Program-made: the position numbers and the translations under genes
Assembly (NCBI GenBank): GCA_002363095.1
Contig: DEWC01000111.1
Span: 5,165 to 69,164, forward strand
Source: Ruminococcaceae bacterium UBA3220
GTDB taxonomy: Bacteria > Bacillota > Clostridia > Oscillospirales > Acutalibacteraceae
Length of the DNA: 64,000 bases
Direction of reading: 5' to 3'
In this document: piece after piece, positions 62,879-64,000 of the stretch
How the letters are laid out: each line of letters opens with the position of its first letter
Numbering within the stretch: the first letter of the stretch is position 1
The notes under the pieces: model-generated
Told to the model about the DNA's origin: nothing
Seen by the model: only the letters and a program-made list of their open reading frames with translations
The model's database searches: none

Positions 62879-64000
62879 ATGAGAAAACTGAGTACCATAA
62901 AAAACTTTCTTTTTCCGAAAATGAAGGACGGAACAAAACCTAAGGCAATACTTATGCTTTACGGTTTTTTCGGCAACAATTTAGGCGATGATATTTTTAT
63001 GGATATTCTTTTGAAAAGATATCCGGACACGCTTTTTTATGTGCTGTTTACCGCTGAATACGAGCGGTTTTTCGAAAAATACAATAATGTTCGTTATTAT
63101 TCGTATTCGCGCCCGTTAGTAGATAAAATAAACCGTTTCGGCCGTAAACACGAAAACGATATGCTTTTTGAGGAAATTTTGCTTAAAAGGAGCGACGGGG
63201 CGGTACACATCGGCGGTTCTGTTTACCAGCAGATAGGCAACTGGGAAAACGATTTATCGGTGCGAAAAAGAAGGCATATTTACGCCAAACACTTTTTCGG
63301 TATTACCAATAACTTCGGTCCCTTCTTTTCTGAGGACTATAAACTGTTCTGGAAAGAGCAGTTTAAAAAATTCGACTCGGTAACATTCAGAGATATGTAT
63401 TCCTACAATTCCTTTAAGGAACTTTCAAATGTTTCCTACGCGCCCGACCTGCTGTTTTCGCTTGAAAAACCCGAGGTTGAACAAAAAAAGAATTCGGTTG
63501 CGATTTCGGTTATAAACCCTCGCGAGGAATTCAGAAAAATCGATAAAAAACTTGCCGATAACTATATAGCCGCCCTTTCAAATCTTACGGCACTTCTTGT
63601 AAAAGACGGATATTCGGTAAAACTTCTCGGGTTTTGCAACCTTGAAAACGATACGGCAACAATAAATGAAATTGCAAATTCGCTTGAAGATAATTTAAAG
63701 AAAAATGTTGAAGTAATCCCGTATAATAACGATTTTTCGAACACGGTAGAGCATATTGCATCATCCGAATATATCGTTGCGACCCGTTTTCACGCAAGCG
63801 TTCTCGGCTTTGCTTTTTCGAAAAAGGTGTTGCCGGTTTCATATAATGTCAAGATAAAAAATATGCTCTCCGATTTAGGGGTTGATACCTATATAGACTT
63901 TGAAAAGGCGGGCGAGTATTCGGCTGAGGATTTAAAGAGGTTGCTTTTAAGCCTGTCGCCCTTTAACGGCAGTGAGCAAAAAGAAAAAGCCCGCCGTCAT
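62879..64000 (+). CDS. Polysaccharide pyruvyl transferase family protein (3' end outside window)
   Basis: Not in the track because it is open-ended. Own translation from ATG 62879 stays open for 374 codons to the window end; FGNNLGDD near the N-terminus and ATRFHAS block. Confidence 0.7.
   Translation, partial: MRKLSTIKNFLFPKMKDGTKPKAILMLYGFFGNNLGDDIFMDILLKRYPDTLFYVLFTAEYERFFEKYNNVRYYSYSRPLVDKINRFGRKHENDMLFEEILLKRSDGAVHIGGSVYQQIGNWENDLSVRKRRHIYAKHFFGITNNFGPFFSEDYKLFWKEQFKKFDSVTFRDMYSYNSFKELSNVSYAPDLLFSLEKPEVEQKKNSVAISVINPREEFRKIDKKLADNYIAALSNLTALLVKDGYSVKLLGFCNLENDTATINEIANSLEDNLKKNVEVIPYNNDFSNTVEHIASSEYIVATRFHASVLGFAFSKKVLPVSYNVKIKNMLSDLGVDTYIDFEKAGEYSAEDLKRLLLSLSPFNGSEQKEKARRH

Overview
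This looks like a chromosomal segment of a spore-forming Firmicute of Clostridia type: it has spoIVA, spoIIR, sigG and Gram-positive gene order. No taxon can be assigned without a database search.

Gene content by region:
- 1-9.9 kb: the distal part of the ribosomal-protein super-operon, rplN through rplQ, including secY, adk, map, infA, rpmJ and rpoA.
- 10-23 kb: mixed metabolic and accessory genes. These are a lipoprotein, a membrane-anchored PTP-like phosphatase, galM, luxS, a PRTase-like gene, an SGNH hydrolase, an AbrB-like gene with an ABC-2 exporter, a single-gene fic cassette, GH36 alpha-galactosidase, a metallopeptidase and cysK.
- 23-41 kb: spoIVA, an FkbM-like methyltransferase, PAP2, a heterodimeric ABC exporter pair, spoIIR, ispE, an EamA transporter, a polysaccharide deacetylase, sigG, metY-metA-amidohydrolase, an orphan ACP and proS.
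- 41-48 kb: a PucR-type regulator, ftsE-ftsX, an M23 peptidase, vanZ and an AI-2E transporter.
- 48-56 kb: an SGNH esterase, GH20 hexosaminidase, a TIM-barrel isomerase, AraC and a three-gene GlpA-like flavoprotein cluster.
- 56.4-57 kb: tRNA-Pro(GGG) followed by degenerate copies of its own 3' end.
- 57-61 kb: ptsH and the ylxM-ffh-rpsP-KH-rimM-trmD operon.
- 61-64 kb: three small unknown ORFs, a YfcE-type phosphoesterase and a truncated pyruvyl transferase.

I found no rRNA, CRISPR array, transposase, integrase, restriction system or other recognisable defence system.

The most unusual signals are noncoding:
1. A dispersed family of GTAG-headed GC-rich palindromes (REP/REPIN-like), embedded in a modular unit of about 100 nt present at three loci.
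2. Strictly phased arrays of about five heptamers, including CAG-N4 x5 and TAG-N4 x5.
3. A fic gene bracketed by two identical 31-bp hairpins.
4. A 103-bp direct repeat plus partial tRNA-Pro 3' ends.
5. A symmetric cluster of DnaA boxes in a 457-bp gap upstream of ylxM-ffh.

All functional calls come from reading motifs by eye. No searches or folding programs were run.
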